The notes beneath the pieces were generated by a model that had not been told where the DNA came from, made no database searches, and was given only the letters and a program-made list of their open reading frames with translations. The translations under genes were made by a program, and so were the position numbers. A DNA stretch of 64,000 nt from a virus: the IMG/VR virus record IMGVR_UViG_3300045988_101454, positions 32,001 through 96,000 of that record; one strand, 5' to 3'. Numbering within the stretch: the stretch's first letter is position 1; each line of letters starts with the position of its first letter. This document shows positions 8,442 through 16,355 of this stretch, in pieces.

Positions 8442-8513
8442 GCCGTAGTTCTAGTCGTTGTAGTGGGTTTGTGGGGAGTCTTGGTTTTGTTAAAGTTCAT
8501 GGGGGTTGGTGTT

Positions 8514-9149
8514 TTATCGTCTTACTTCCAGCCATGTGTTACAGCGACCGATCCCAAACTTTGCAGCCACCGCACAAAAACTCTTGTCGTGATGACCAGA
8601 CCGACAAGTCCCTAAGTCAGCACAGGTATCACAGCCGAAATCCATATAATCTGGATGATACCATACCTTGTCGCCAATCTCACGGATATAGCCTCTCTTT
8701 GTATCTACCACCAAGGTTCTTCCGACGGAATTTCTTTTGGGTTTATTCACAACAACCTTATACCGATTGTTTTTCTTCCTTACGACATGACATTCATTAC
8801 GCATCGACCATCTCGGGTCAAAAACACGGAAGTCAATGCGCCACTTTTTGGGAAAATGGAACTTCTTCGGGTCGCAATAGTTGGAAAGTACTTTGCGGTC
8901 AGTAGAAACAATCTCTTCCCAGTTGTCACAACAACGAAGTACGTCAACCCTCCATCCTATGCGACGCTGTACTATATCTAACAGCGATGGATAATTACGC
9001 GGCTTCTCCCAGATTCCTCTAAAGTAAAGATTGTATCTGTCAAGCAGCACCTTGTTTCTTGCTTTCATAGTCTTTATAAATTCTTTTATATTGTTAATGT
9101 TTTCGCATTGAGCTGAAATCTTTGTTTCACCAATATGCTCTTTGAGCAA
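8514..9149 (-). CDS. Hypothetical Cys-rich protein
   Basis: 211 aa with C-terminal CDTCADLGTCRSGHHDKSFC...GRC. Start is uncertain (TTG in the track). Confidence 0.5.
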   Translation of the reverse strand: MLKEHIGETKISAQCENINNIKEFIKTMKARNKVLLDRYNLYFRGIWEKPRNYPSLLDIVQRRIGWRVDVLRCCDNWEEIVSTDRKVLSNYCDPKKFHFPKKWRIDFRVFDPRWSMRNECHVVRKKNNRYKVVVNKPKRNSVGRTLVVDTKRGYIREIGDKVWYHPDYMDFGCDTCADLGTCRSGHHDKSFCAVAAKFGIGRCNTWLEVRR

Positions 9150-9210
9150 AATACTCTTTTAAGGATAGATAACTACGCTTGTGAAAACGCATTTTCATCT
9201 GACTGGGATT

Positions 9211-9348
9211 TTAGTGTCTATGCTGACGTTTTCTTGCCAAACGAATACTTGCACCAAAGACACAATATCCTCCATTCACTTTCACTAAATTTTCCGAATC
9301 AAACGAAATTGTGTACTCGTAAGTACGTTCTTTTATATTTGCTGCCAT
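9211..9348 (-). CDS. Small ORF (45 aa), in frame with YopX-like gene across TAG-CGT-ATG
   Basis: MAANIKERTYEYTISFDSENLVKVNGGYCVFGASIRLARKRQHRH. It starts one codon after the TAG stop at 9352-9354, in the same frame. Confidence 0.3.
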   Translation of the reverse strand: MAANIKERTYEYTISFDSENLVKVNGGYCVFGASIRLARKRQHRH

Positions 9349-9351
9349 ACG

Positions 9352-9819
9352 CTATTCATCTTTGAGGTTCAACTTCTCTTGCCATTCTGGGTCGTGTATA
9401 TCACCGACAATCTCAAAGTCCTCAAGTTTCTGTTGCGTGATTCCGTCAGAGATGCCATCAGAGATGCCACGCACAGCGGATTTCGGGTTTTTGACACAGG
9501 TGAGAAAAAACATCGCCTCTTCATCACTCCACCCTATAATGCCAAAGTAATTGTCACGCGCACCATCCTCCATGCGACTGAATGGGTATTCGTCCGAGCG
9601 AAGAAGATCGCCCTCATAAATCTCCTTACCGTTCTTGTCGAGGTAGCCGGTGAACTGGCAGACGGTGCGAGGGTCAACCTTGTAGGGGATGTTTCTATTC
9701 AACATACTTTCCTTTTGCCTATCCTCGATAATGTATGTGTTATCATTCTCCTCGTAGAAGTAACCACAAGTCCATTCTTTATTATCAAGGCGTTTAGCCT
9801 TAAACTTGATTGTTCTCAT
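9352..9819 (-). CDS. YopX-like phage protein
   Basis: MRTIKFKAKRLDNKEWTCGYFYEE... has a typical YopX N-terminus. It ends in TAG. Confidence 0.55.
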   Translation of the reverse strand: MRTIKFKAKRLDNKEWTCGYFYEENDNTYIIEDRQKESMLNRNIPYKVDPRTVCQFTGYLDKNGKEIYEGDLLRSDEYPFSRMEDGARDNYFGIIGWSDEEAMFFLTCVKNPKSAVRGISDGISDGITQQKLEDFEIVGDIHDPEWQEKLNLKDE

Positions 9820-9822
9820 AAC

Positions 9823-10350
9823 TTATTCCTTCCCAATTAATTGTTCATATTCTGACCTTGTGATTTCTACAAGGTCTGGATTATCCTTGTCAGCTCGAAC
9901 ATTGTCGCCTAAACGGATAAAACAATGTCCATTTGTGTAGCAAAGTTGGGGTAATGTTATACGATTTCCGCTTCCTTCATTCAGTCCTAACTCTTTGAGA
10001 ATTTGGAAACAGTTTGCGACCGCGTTATATGAGGACAAGACAGCACTGATAGCTTTGCCTTGCTTGGTTCTTTTGATGGGTATTATTCGTATATAATCTT
10101 TGATAACCTCTTCCTTTTTCCACAACTTCTTGTCAAGCTGCTCCCATTTTTCCTTGTCTACGAGGATAGAAGTGACTTTGCAGATTCGGGTTAGCGTGGA
10201 GTCTGGCATGTAGCCACCAAATTTATCTAACTCAAATCCGACAGCTTCTTCTACTCTCTTGACATAAGCCTTACACTCTTTGTCTTCGGCTTCACAAATG
10301 CTCTTAATGTACTCGTAAACCTTGCTTCCTTCTTTTGCTTTGTATACCAT
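9823..10350 (-). CDS. Hypothetical protein
   Basis: 175 aa ORF, tightly packed with its neighbours. Confidence 0.55.
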   Translation of the reverse strand: MVYKAKEGSKVYEYIKSICEAEDKECKAYVKRVEEAVGFELDKFGGYMPDSTLTRICKVTSILVDKEKWEQLDKKLWKKEEVIKDYIRIIPIKRTKQGKAISAVLSSYNAVANCFQILKELGLNEGSGNRITLPQLCYTNGHCFIRLGDNVRADKDNPDLVEITRSEYEQLIGKE

Positions 10351-10352
10351 GA

Positions 10353-10787
10353 TTATTCCTCCTTAATACCAAATGGTGTTCCGTCAGCAAATGTATATTG
10401 CTTAAACGTTTCATTATAATTATAAAATGTCACTTCCTCGCATACTTCTATCATTGAAATTCTACTATCCGTAATTTTTAGAATGTGGTAATTTTCTTTT
10501 TCTTCTTTAAGTTTTAACCAACCGAACGGTTGGTGCTTCAGCATTTCCTGCCAACATTCTTCTGCGTTCTTAAACGAACGATACTTGGGCTCGGGCTTGA
10601 TACGGTAGTTGTACAAATCAGGTCTAAAAAGATGTTCTTCATCCACATCTACCCATTTATTGTTGAAATTAGGCTCTCCTGGATGTTCAATCTTAAAGCT
10701 AAGGTCTACGTCGTAACACTGGATAGTTTTGCCATTTACATACGCCTGCATAACATCCACCAACTGCTTTATTTTTTCTTTTCTCAT
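10353..10787 (-). CDS. Hypothetical protein
   Basis: 144 aa, preceded by conserved leader copy 1. Confidence 0.55.
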   Translation of the reverse strand: MRKEKIKQLVDVMQAYVNGKTIQCYDVDLSFKIEHPGEPNFNNKWVDVDEEHLFRPDLYNYRIKPEPKYRSFKNAEECWQEMLKHQPFGWLKLKEEKENYHILKITDSRISMIEVCEEVTFYNYNETFKQYTFADGTPFGIKEE

Positions 10788-10811
10788 TGTTCTCTATATT
10801 TTCGTTAATAC
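10788..10811 (-). repeat. Conserved 24-nt leader, copy 1 (GTATTAACGAAAATAYAGAGAAYMATG)
   Basis: It abuts the ATG of 10353-10787. Confidence 0.8.
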
Positions 10812-10821
10812 TCACATCGTT

Positions 10822-11085
10822 TTATCTCTTTCTTCGCTTCGCCTTGCGTCGTTCTTGCAGGTTATGCTGCACAAGTTGCGTAATGGTGAACGATGGCGAC
10901 CCGTCGGGCAAAATGAATCGGATTATCCTCTTCGCCTTGCCTTCAATGAACTTGTCAATACACTCCAATACTTCCTGCAAAATCTGCTGCTGCGATTTAT
11001 TCTTGTCGGTCTACTGCTCATACAACTGGCGGATGTATGCCGGATTGACGGTAACGATGTATTGTCTTTCTTTATGTATCTTCAT
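10822..11085 (-). CDS. Hypothetical protein (87 codons) with in-frame TAG at 11011-11013
   Basis: MKIHKERQYIVTVNPAYIRQLYEQ-TAG-TDKNKSQQQILQEVLECIDKFIEGKAKRIIRFILPDGSPSFTITQLVQHNLQERRKAKRRKR. It has leader copy 2 and is missing from the ORF track because of the TAG. Confidence 0.5.
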
Positions 11086-11109
11086 TGTTCTCTGTATTTT
11101 CGTTAATAC
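11086..11109 (-). repeat. Conserved 24-nt leader, copy 2
   Basis: It abuts the ATG at 11083-11085. Confidence 0.8.
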
Positions 11110-11120
11110 GTTATCGCTTG

Positions 11121-11504
11121 CTATGATTTAAGAATATTGAAGCAATCCTGTAATTCCTCATCACATTCGGGTGGCCAAAGTGTGCGTACCTTCATGCCGT
11201 TGTTGTCGATAAGAGGTTGGGCTAACGGCAGGATTGCGTGCGGCTCTTTGTGCCACTCTATAACTGTTCCGTCGTTGTATATTGTAGGATTGTAATCAGA
11301 TCCATACTTTAGCAAAGAGATAAGTTTTTGCTGCATACAATACTTCAAATCAGACCATGACTTGCTACGTCCCAAATAGCCATTCACGACATACCCTCCG
11401 GCACAATACTGATAGGAGACACCATCGAGCCGATGAGAGTAGAGCGTGATGCCGGCTTGGGCGCAATAATACCTTAATGTCACCATTGTTGCATATTTAC
11501 CCAT
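11121..11504 (-). CDS. Hypothetical protein
   Basis: 127 aa with leader copy 3. It ends in TAG. Confidence 0.55.
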   Translation of the reverse strand: MGKYATMVTLRYYCAQAGITLYSHRLDGVSYQYCAGGYVVNGYLGRSKSWSDLKYCMQQKLISLLKYGSDYNPTIYNDGTVIEWHKEPHAILPLAQPLIDNNGMKVRTLWPPECDEELQDCFNILKS

Positions 11505-11528
11505 GATTCTCTGTATTTTCGTTAATAC
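11505..11528 (-). repeat. Conserved 24-nt leader, copy 3
   Basis: It abuts the ATG of 11121-11504. Confidence 0.8.
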
Positions 11529-11885
11529 TTACGTCGTTTCACTTAAATCCTTACAAATCAAATCAGATAGAAGATTGTCCTTTTCCTCCACCTCCTTCAA
11601 CGACTGTTCTATCATTGCCCTGCATACAGACGGGTCGAGTGCCGGAAGTTTATGGTCTATTGCATTTGCGGTTTTTGGTGGAGCGAATGGATCCTTTATT
11701 AGTGAAAAGCAGACAACATCCGCACGACTCATTATGTTGGCAATGGCATCCTCGATGGAGTCGAATTTGCCCATAAAGACTTGTCCAGGGGAGAGTTCCA
11801 CTAAAAAACATTTCTCTGTGGTGCGGTCCTTGCCGAGCATTACGATGCAGTCGGGACGATTGCGACGATTTACTTTTATATACAT
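11529..11885 (-). CDS. Hypothetical protein
   Basis: 118 aa. Its ATG is one codon after the TAG stop of 11889-12494, in the same frame (TAG-CTT-ATG). Confidence 0.5.
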   Translation of the reverse strand: MYIKVNRRNRPDCIVMLGKDRTTEKCFLVELSPGQVFMGKFDSIEDAIANIMSRADVVCFSLIKDPFAPPKTANAIDHKLPALDPSVCRAMIEQSLKEVEEKDNLLSDLICKDLSETT

Positions 11886-11888
11886 AAG

Positions 11889-12494
11889 CTAATCTATTAA
11901 TTCAAAATCATAAACGAATACATAAGGGTTGCTCTCCCAAGTGCCTTTGCCAGAGATGCGGTCGATGAGGGATGCGTAGGCATCCTGCGGAGTGCGAAAC
12001 CAGGAATTGGCAAGACCGTGATACCAATAAGTCGTACCTTCAAGTCCTACGTCTCCAGCCATCCAGAGACCTTCCTTTAAGCAATCCTCGCTTTTTATGT
12101 CTTGCAAACGCTCAATACGAATATTGGTTATACGGATATGATGGGGCATATCTTCGGCACGAACAAACATTTTGTTATTCCAACCTATTTCCTCTTTGCG
12201 AGCCATACAGTTTGCCCAATCTACTTGAGGCGTAATGTCGGCATACGATTGCGCAATAGCTACGATCTCGTTCTTTTGATAGCGCATCACACTGCGATTG
12301 TAGATGAATCGCTCTCTTAAATCAGGATTTAATAAAAATCGAAAGTAAATAGTAAAGAGCGCCCCCAACGTATCGAACTTCTTGATGACTTTAAGCATCT
12401 CCTGGTTGGTGATAATTCGCCTTGTCTGCGTCTTTCGCTTTGCAAGCACGGCATCAGTCAGTCCGTACTTGTCGTTGAACATAATCTTTTGCAT
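11889..12494 (-). CDS. ASCH-domain-like protein (tentative)
   Basis: MQKIMFNDKYGLTDAVLAKRKTQTRRII... has an N-terminus typical of the ASCH/PUA-like fold. It has leader copy 4 and ends in TAG. Confidence 0.5.
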   Translation of the reverse strand: MQKIMFNDKYGLTDAVLAKRKTQTRRIITNQEMLKVIKKFDTLGALFTIYFRFLLNPDLRERFIYNRSVMRYQKNEIVAIAQSYADITPQVDWANCMARKEEIGWNNKMFVRAEDMPHHIRITNIRIERLQDIKSEDCLKEGLWMAGDVGLEGTTYWYHGLANSWFRTPQDAYASLIDRISGKGTWESNPYVFVYDFELID

Positions 12495-12514
12495 ACTCTA
12501 TATTTTCGTTAATA
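12495..12514 (-). repeat. Conserved leader, copy 4 (shorter)
   Basis: TTATTAACGAAAATATAGAGTATG abuts the ATG at 12492-12494. Confidence 0.75.
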
Positions 12515-12542
12515 AGCCATTGGATTTTTAGCTTTTCCCTTT

Positions 12543-13619
12543 TCACTTCGCGTTGCGAATCTTCTCCGTTTCCTCATTCTCCTTCGAGATTCGCTCCAGA
12601 TGCTCCAATACAAGCGAATACGACTGATTGTTCACCTGGTCTTCGGTGAGCGAGGCGTATTTCTGCATAGTGGCGATGGTGGCGGTGTATATCTCAAGTG
12701 GGGTGGATGGTGGTTGCGTGCGGTCGATCTTCTGCACCTTGAACACATGAGGATAACGCCGTGAGAGGGTTTGCATCATGCCGGTCCACCAGAAGAGAAT
12801 GGGTTGCCACTGGTGGTCGGGGAAGTGGCGGAAGAGTGGAGCTTGGGTGTCGAACTGACGCACGTCGTAATGGAAATCATGTACCTTCAGGTTGGTGTTG
12901 GTGTCGATGAAGTCGATGCGACGGTTGAAGATTGTGGCAAGGAACATAGAGCGTGCCTGGTCTACGCTGTCGGCTTGCTGCGCTATCTGTTCGGCTGTGA
13001 ACTTGCCCATCTTCTTCATCTTGACAAGGTTGTTGTCGAGCGAGGTGTTTTGTCCCATGAGATCATGGGCAAAGCGAAACTGCTGCCATGAGAAGCCGTC
13101 CATATCCTGCGCAGGACCTTCAAACTCAATCTTGCGACGTAGCAGACCACGCTTGTTGCGAAGGCGAAGGGTGGGGTAGGGAAAGCGAGTGAGGTGAGCA
13201 CCACGCTCGTTGTCGAGCCAGTCGAGCAGTCCGGCACCAGAGGCAAGATACTCAGCCGAGTTACGGTCGTCGGTCTTCGGCTTTGGCGTTAGCCAGTAGT
13301 TGAGTTGCCATAGGTAGACGGGGAAAGTTTCGTCCTTCTGCTGCTTGCGGCGGAAGAAACGGTTGCGACGGATTGTGGTGGAGAGTCGGCAAGTGTAGTG
13401 TTGCTCTTCGAGAGGTTTCGAATCGTCTATGCCTTCCACTATCTCTATGCCCGACAGGACAAAGAAGCACGCTATCTTGACATTGCGCATGTCGAAGCGG
13501 TGATAACGGTCGGCTCGCTGTATCTGTTCAAGCATTATGCGAGAGACGAGCTCCAACTGCTCTGTGCTGCACTCGTTCCATGAGCGGGGCAGCGTAAGGT
13601 TGATTTTCTGTTGTGACAT
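12543..13619 (-). CDS. Hypothetical protein (358 aa)
   Basis: I prefer the ATG at 13617-13619 (MSQQKINLTLPRSW...), about 25 nt downstream of a TATCTTTG box at 13643-13650. Confidence 0.6.
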   Translation of the reverse strand: MSQQKINLTLPRSWNECSTEQLELVSRIMLEQIQRADRYHRFDMRNVKIACFFVLSGIEIVEGIDDSKPLEEQHYTCRLSTTIRRNRFFRRKQQKDETFPVYLWQLNYWLTPKPKTDDRNSAEYLASGAGLLDWLDNERGAHLTRFPYPTLRLRNKRGLLRRKIEFEGPAQDMDGFSWQQFRFAHDLMGQNTSLDNNLVKMKKMGKFTAEQIAQQADSVDQARSMFLATIFNRRIDFIDTNTNLKVHDFHYDVRQFDTQAPLFRHFPDHQWQPILFWWTGMMQTLSRRYPHVFKVQKIDRTQPPSTPLEIYTATIATMQKYASLTEDQVNNQSYSLVLEHLERISKENEETEKIRNAK

Positions 13620-13778
13620 AATTTTCGGGTTTCTTTCATGAGCAAAGATAGACGTTTTTAATTTGCCGGAGCGGACATGGTAGGGGAGCGTATAAGGCGA
13701 AGATACAAATGAAGCCACTCTGCGATTTGTGTAATTGGCGCAAAGTGGCTTGAAAAAAACAAATGTAAAATTCAAAAT

Positions 13779-14282
13779 TTAGAGGGTGGCGTGTAGGGCA
13801 TTATAGTCCCATACCTTAGTGCAGTCGTCTTCGCATGGCTGCCAGTCGTCATCGCAGAAGTAGAAGGCATAGGCTGCCTTGATTATCTCCTCTTCGTTCA
13901 TCCAAGCGCAAAGGTCGGCATACATAGAATTGAAAGCGACGTATTTGTCCCATGCGTTGACGTTGGCGTGAAACTTCATGCCCTTAGTCAGCTCGTCTAC
14001 CTTGATACGAGTCCAATGTGCGCCGCCGTCGGTTGGCATACCCTCTTCATCGTACATGCCGCTATAGACAAGAGCATTCACATCGTGGTTGGCCATCTTC
14101 TCAGAATAGTGCCGTCCGTAGAGAACGGCGTGCTGACGGCGCAGGATGTGCCAATAGAGCTTAGGATCGGTCTGCTCCAGCGCAAGAAGGTCGGTAGAGA
14201 GAGTTTCTACTGCTGCCCACATCTTCTTCTCGGTAGCCATACCATTGGCACGAGCCTGTTCAATCATCTGTTTGTAATTCAT
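13779..14282 (-). CDS. Hypothetical protein
   Basis: 167 aa ORF. Confidence 0.6.
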   Translation of the reverse strand: MNYKQMIEQARANGMATEKKMWAAVETLSTDLLALEQTDPKLYWHILRRQHAVLYGRHYSEKMANHDVNALVYSGMYDEEGMPTDGGAHWTRIKVDELTKGMKFHANVNAWDKYVAFNSMYADLCAWMNEEEIIKAAYAFYFCDDDWQPCEDDCTKVWDYNALHATL

Positions 14283-14414
14283 TTTATTTATACTTTATAT
14301 GTTTAACATGTAGGGCAAATGCCCCGAAAATGTGGGACAATCAGGCTTTTTTGCACAGAGACATGCAATATAGGAAAGAATGTCTGCGCCTCGGGCTTGC
14401 TTTCTGCCTTTGCC

Positions 14415-14714
14415 TCAGTGGTCGAGGCGGTCGGTGGTGTGTCTTTCTTTTTCATATAGCTTTGTGAATTTACGTTGAAGGATAAGCAACAACAACACAA
14501 ACCAGTTTGACAGATACGCCACCACAATAGCCGCCAGTGCCGATGCGTAGACATCGTGGCCGAGGTAGAGCAATGCCGACATTGTAACCCAAAAAGTGAA
14601 ACACTGAGGGCATGATGCCACCTTGTCAACAACATGGGCAATGGCTTCGGCCAGTCCGAGGTGTTGGGCGAGCGTGGCGGCTATCATGGTGGCTATAGCT
14701 ATCAGAACTATCAT
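14415..14714 (-). CDS. Small integral membrane protein
   Basis: 99 aa with three hydrophobic segments (MIVLIAIATMIAATLA, FWVTMSALLYLG, AAIVVAYLSNWFVLLLLIL). Confidence 0.5.
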   Translation of the reverse strand: MIVLIAIATMIAATLAQHLGLAEAIAHVVDKVASCPQCFTFWVTMSALLYLGHDVYASALAAIVVAYLSNWFVLLLLILQRKFTKLYEKERHTTDRLDH

Positions 14715-14718
14715 GGCT

Positions 14719-15147
14719 TTATGTAGTTACAAGGGTGAGCGTTACGGGGCAGTCGGAAACGAAAGTCTTGGAACAGCTGCAACACGACATGCGTGCTATG
14801 CCGTTCTGGACGGTTCCCACTGCTATTGTTGCCGAATTGATGGCGGTGGCGCTGAACACAGGAATGGTGAAGTCTTGCGACACCACTTGTGAGCGTGTGC
14901 AGCACGAGCCGCAGTTGCAAGGGATGTAGTTTATTACGCCCTCGACATGAATGACGATGATATACTGTGAGGTGCCTACGTTGGCAATGCTCTTGACGGA
15001 GAACTTCGGAGCGAACACGGGTGTCTCGTCTACACAAGCCGGTGTGCAGAGCTGCTGTGTGATGTTGACATCATAATAGGGTGCGGCGGCGGTTGCACCT
15101 GCCGCAAGTGTGGCTATGATGATAGCCGGAATGGTACGTTTGTTCAT
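14719..15147 (-). CDS. Secreted Cys-rich protein
   Basis: Signal-like N-terminus (MNKRTIPAIIIATLAAGATAAA). Cys clusters are CNCGSCC and SCCSCS. Confidence 0.55.
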   Translation of the reverse strand: MNKRTIPAIIIATLAAGATAAAPYYDVNITQQLCTPACVDETPVFAPKFSVKSIANVGTSQYIIVIHVEGVINYIPCNCGSCCTRSQVVSQDFTIPVFSATAINSATIAVGTVQNGIARMSCCSCSKTFVSDCPVTLTLVTT

Positions 15148-15205
15148 AATCGTTTCTGTTTTATTATAGCGACGATGCTTGCCGCCGCTGGTGTTGTTAC
15201 TCTGT

Positions 15206-15628
15206 TTAATGTTTTACATGATAGCCTTGCGTCTGCTCTACCGGAAGGTTCTTGTCAAGAAGATCGGCAAGCTCGTTGAGGTCTTCTTCTTCAAACGTCA
15301 CCATACCTTCGAGCACAGACAGCGGTCCGTTACCGCGCATCTTCTCCACTATGTCGTGTGCCATCTGCGGTATACTCTCTTCGGGTATCTGACCGAAATA
15401 TCGCGCAAGCATAGGTGCGACGAGCGAGTTGACGATGGGTTGGATAAGCGGCTCAATGTCTTTCTGTAGGGCATAGTTGCCACTGACAATGCCTAACGAG
15501 CTGATGGTGGCTTGCAGAGACTGAAGCATGGGTAGGCGCATGAGGTTGCCTGCGGCTATCTGCGAAATGGCGGGTCGTGCCCATTCGGACACGACTGCCG
15601 CCAAGATTTGTGAATTTTTGTATTCCAT
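15206..15628 (-). CDS. Hypothetical protein
   Basis: 140 aa ORF. Confidence 0.55.
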   Translation of the reverse strand: MEYKNSQILAAVVSEWARPAISQIAAGNLMRLPMLQSLQATISSLGIVSGNYALQKDIEPLIQPIVNSLVAPMLARYFGQIPEESIPQMAHDIVEKMRGNGPLSVLEGMVTFEEEDLNELADLLDKNLPVEQTQGYHVKH

Positions 15629-15654
15629 ATATATAACAGGATTACATCATTCTC

Positions 15655-16191
15655 CTACTGATTGCATCCGCAACCGCAACCGGTCTGGCATACGTTGGTT
15701 GAAGGGATGAACAACTTGGTTACGCTCGACAACGATGCCACCTGCGACTTGAGCACGTCGATGCTGGCGTTAGCTGCCGCATTGTAAGCCATCTGCTGTG
15801 CGTTGACGGCTTGCTGCGCATCCTTGTTTGCATCCACTTTGTCTTCTACACGGCGCAACTTCGTGTCGAGATACTGTGTCACTTCAATAAGCTTCTTGTC
15901 GGTGTAGTTCTCGCTCTTCTGAATGGCGAGTTCGGTCTTCAGAGTGCTGTTCTCCTGGATAAGGTTAGTCTCACTCTTAGTTACGAAACGCGCGTCAGGG
16001 TCGGACGGATTGGCGGTCATACCGTTGTTTTTTCCCATTCCCATGAGCGACACGCCACCTCCAAGCAAGCTGGTGGCCAATCCTGCGATGCCGAGACCCA
16101 AGGCTGTGTTGCCAAGGCCTTTGCTGGCAACATCATAGTTGCCGTCGTTAGTTTTAATCTGCATAGTTTTTTTGTGTTTGGTTTCGTTCAT
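15655..16191 (-). CDS. Glycine-zipper membrane / coiled-coil protein with C-terminal CQTGCGCGC
   Basis: 178 aa with GLGNTALGLGIAGLATSLLGGGVSLMGMG. It ends in TAG. Confidence 0.55.
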   Translation of the reverse strand: MNETKHKKTMQIKTNDGNYDVASKGLGNTALGLGIAGLATSLLGGGVSLMGMGKNNGMTANPSDPDARFVTKSETNLIQENSTLKTELAIQKSENYTDKKLIEVTQYLDTKLRRVEDKVDANKDAQQAVNAQQMAYNAAANASIDVLKSQVASLSSVTKLFIPSTNVCQTGCGCGCNQ

Positions 16192-16292
16192 TATTGAACT
16201 TATTGCAAAGGTATGGGAGAAAGTGGTGGGAGCGAAGTGTTTCTTATTAAGTGTTCTTGAGGTGATATAACGTATAATTTCGACTAATACTT

Positions 16293-16326
16293 AAATAAAA
16301 AAGCCTCACGCTGCTAACGTGAGGCT
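16293..16326 (-). terminator. Intrinsic terminator downstream of LysR gene
   Basis: 9-bp stem (AGCCTCACG/CGTGAGGCT) followed by a U-run on the minus strand. Confidence 0.7.
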
Positions 16327-16355
16327 CGGTTCGGTATAAGAAAATCTAATGACTA

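Noticed and set aside
7827-9149. ORF 8514-9149, the Dcm fragment and mini-ORF 1 all lie in one frame, separated only by TAA, TAA, TAG and TAA. This hints at one giant read-through protein.
   Set aside because: Three consecutive ORFs sharing a frame has about a 1 in 9 chance. TAA is the dominant genuine stop in this window. There is no sequence continuity of domains across the TAA sites.
14303-14641. ORF 14303-14641 (112 aa), overlapping 14415-14714.
   Set aside because: Its composition is Cys/His/Trp/Arg-rich and unlike the neighbouring proteins. The alternative frame (14415-14714) gives clean transmembrane helices and abuts the upstream gene.
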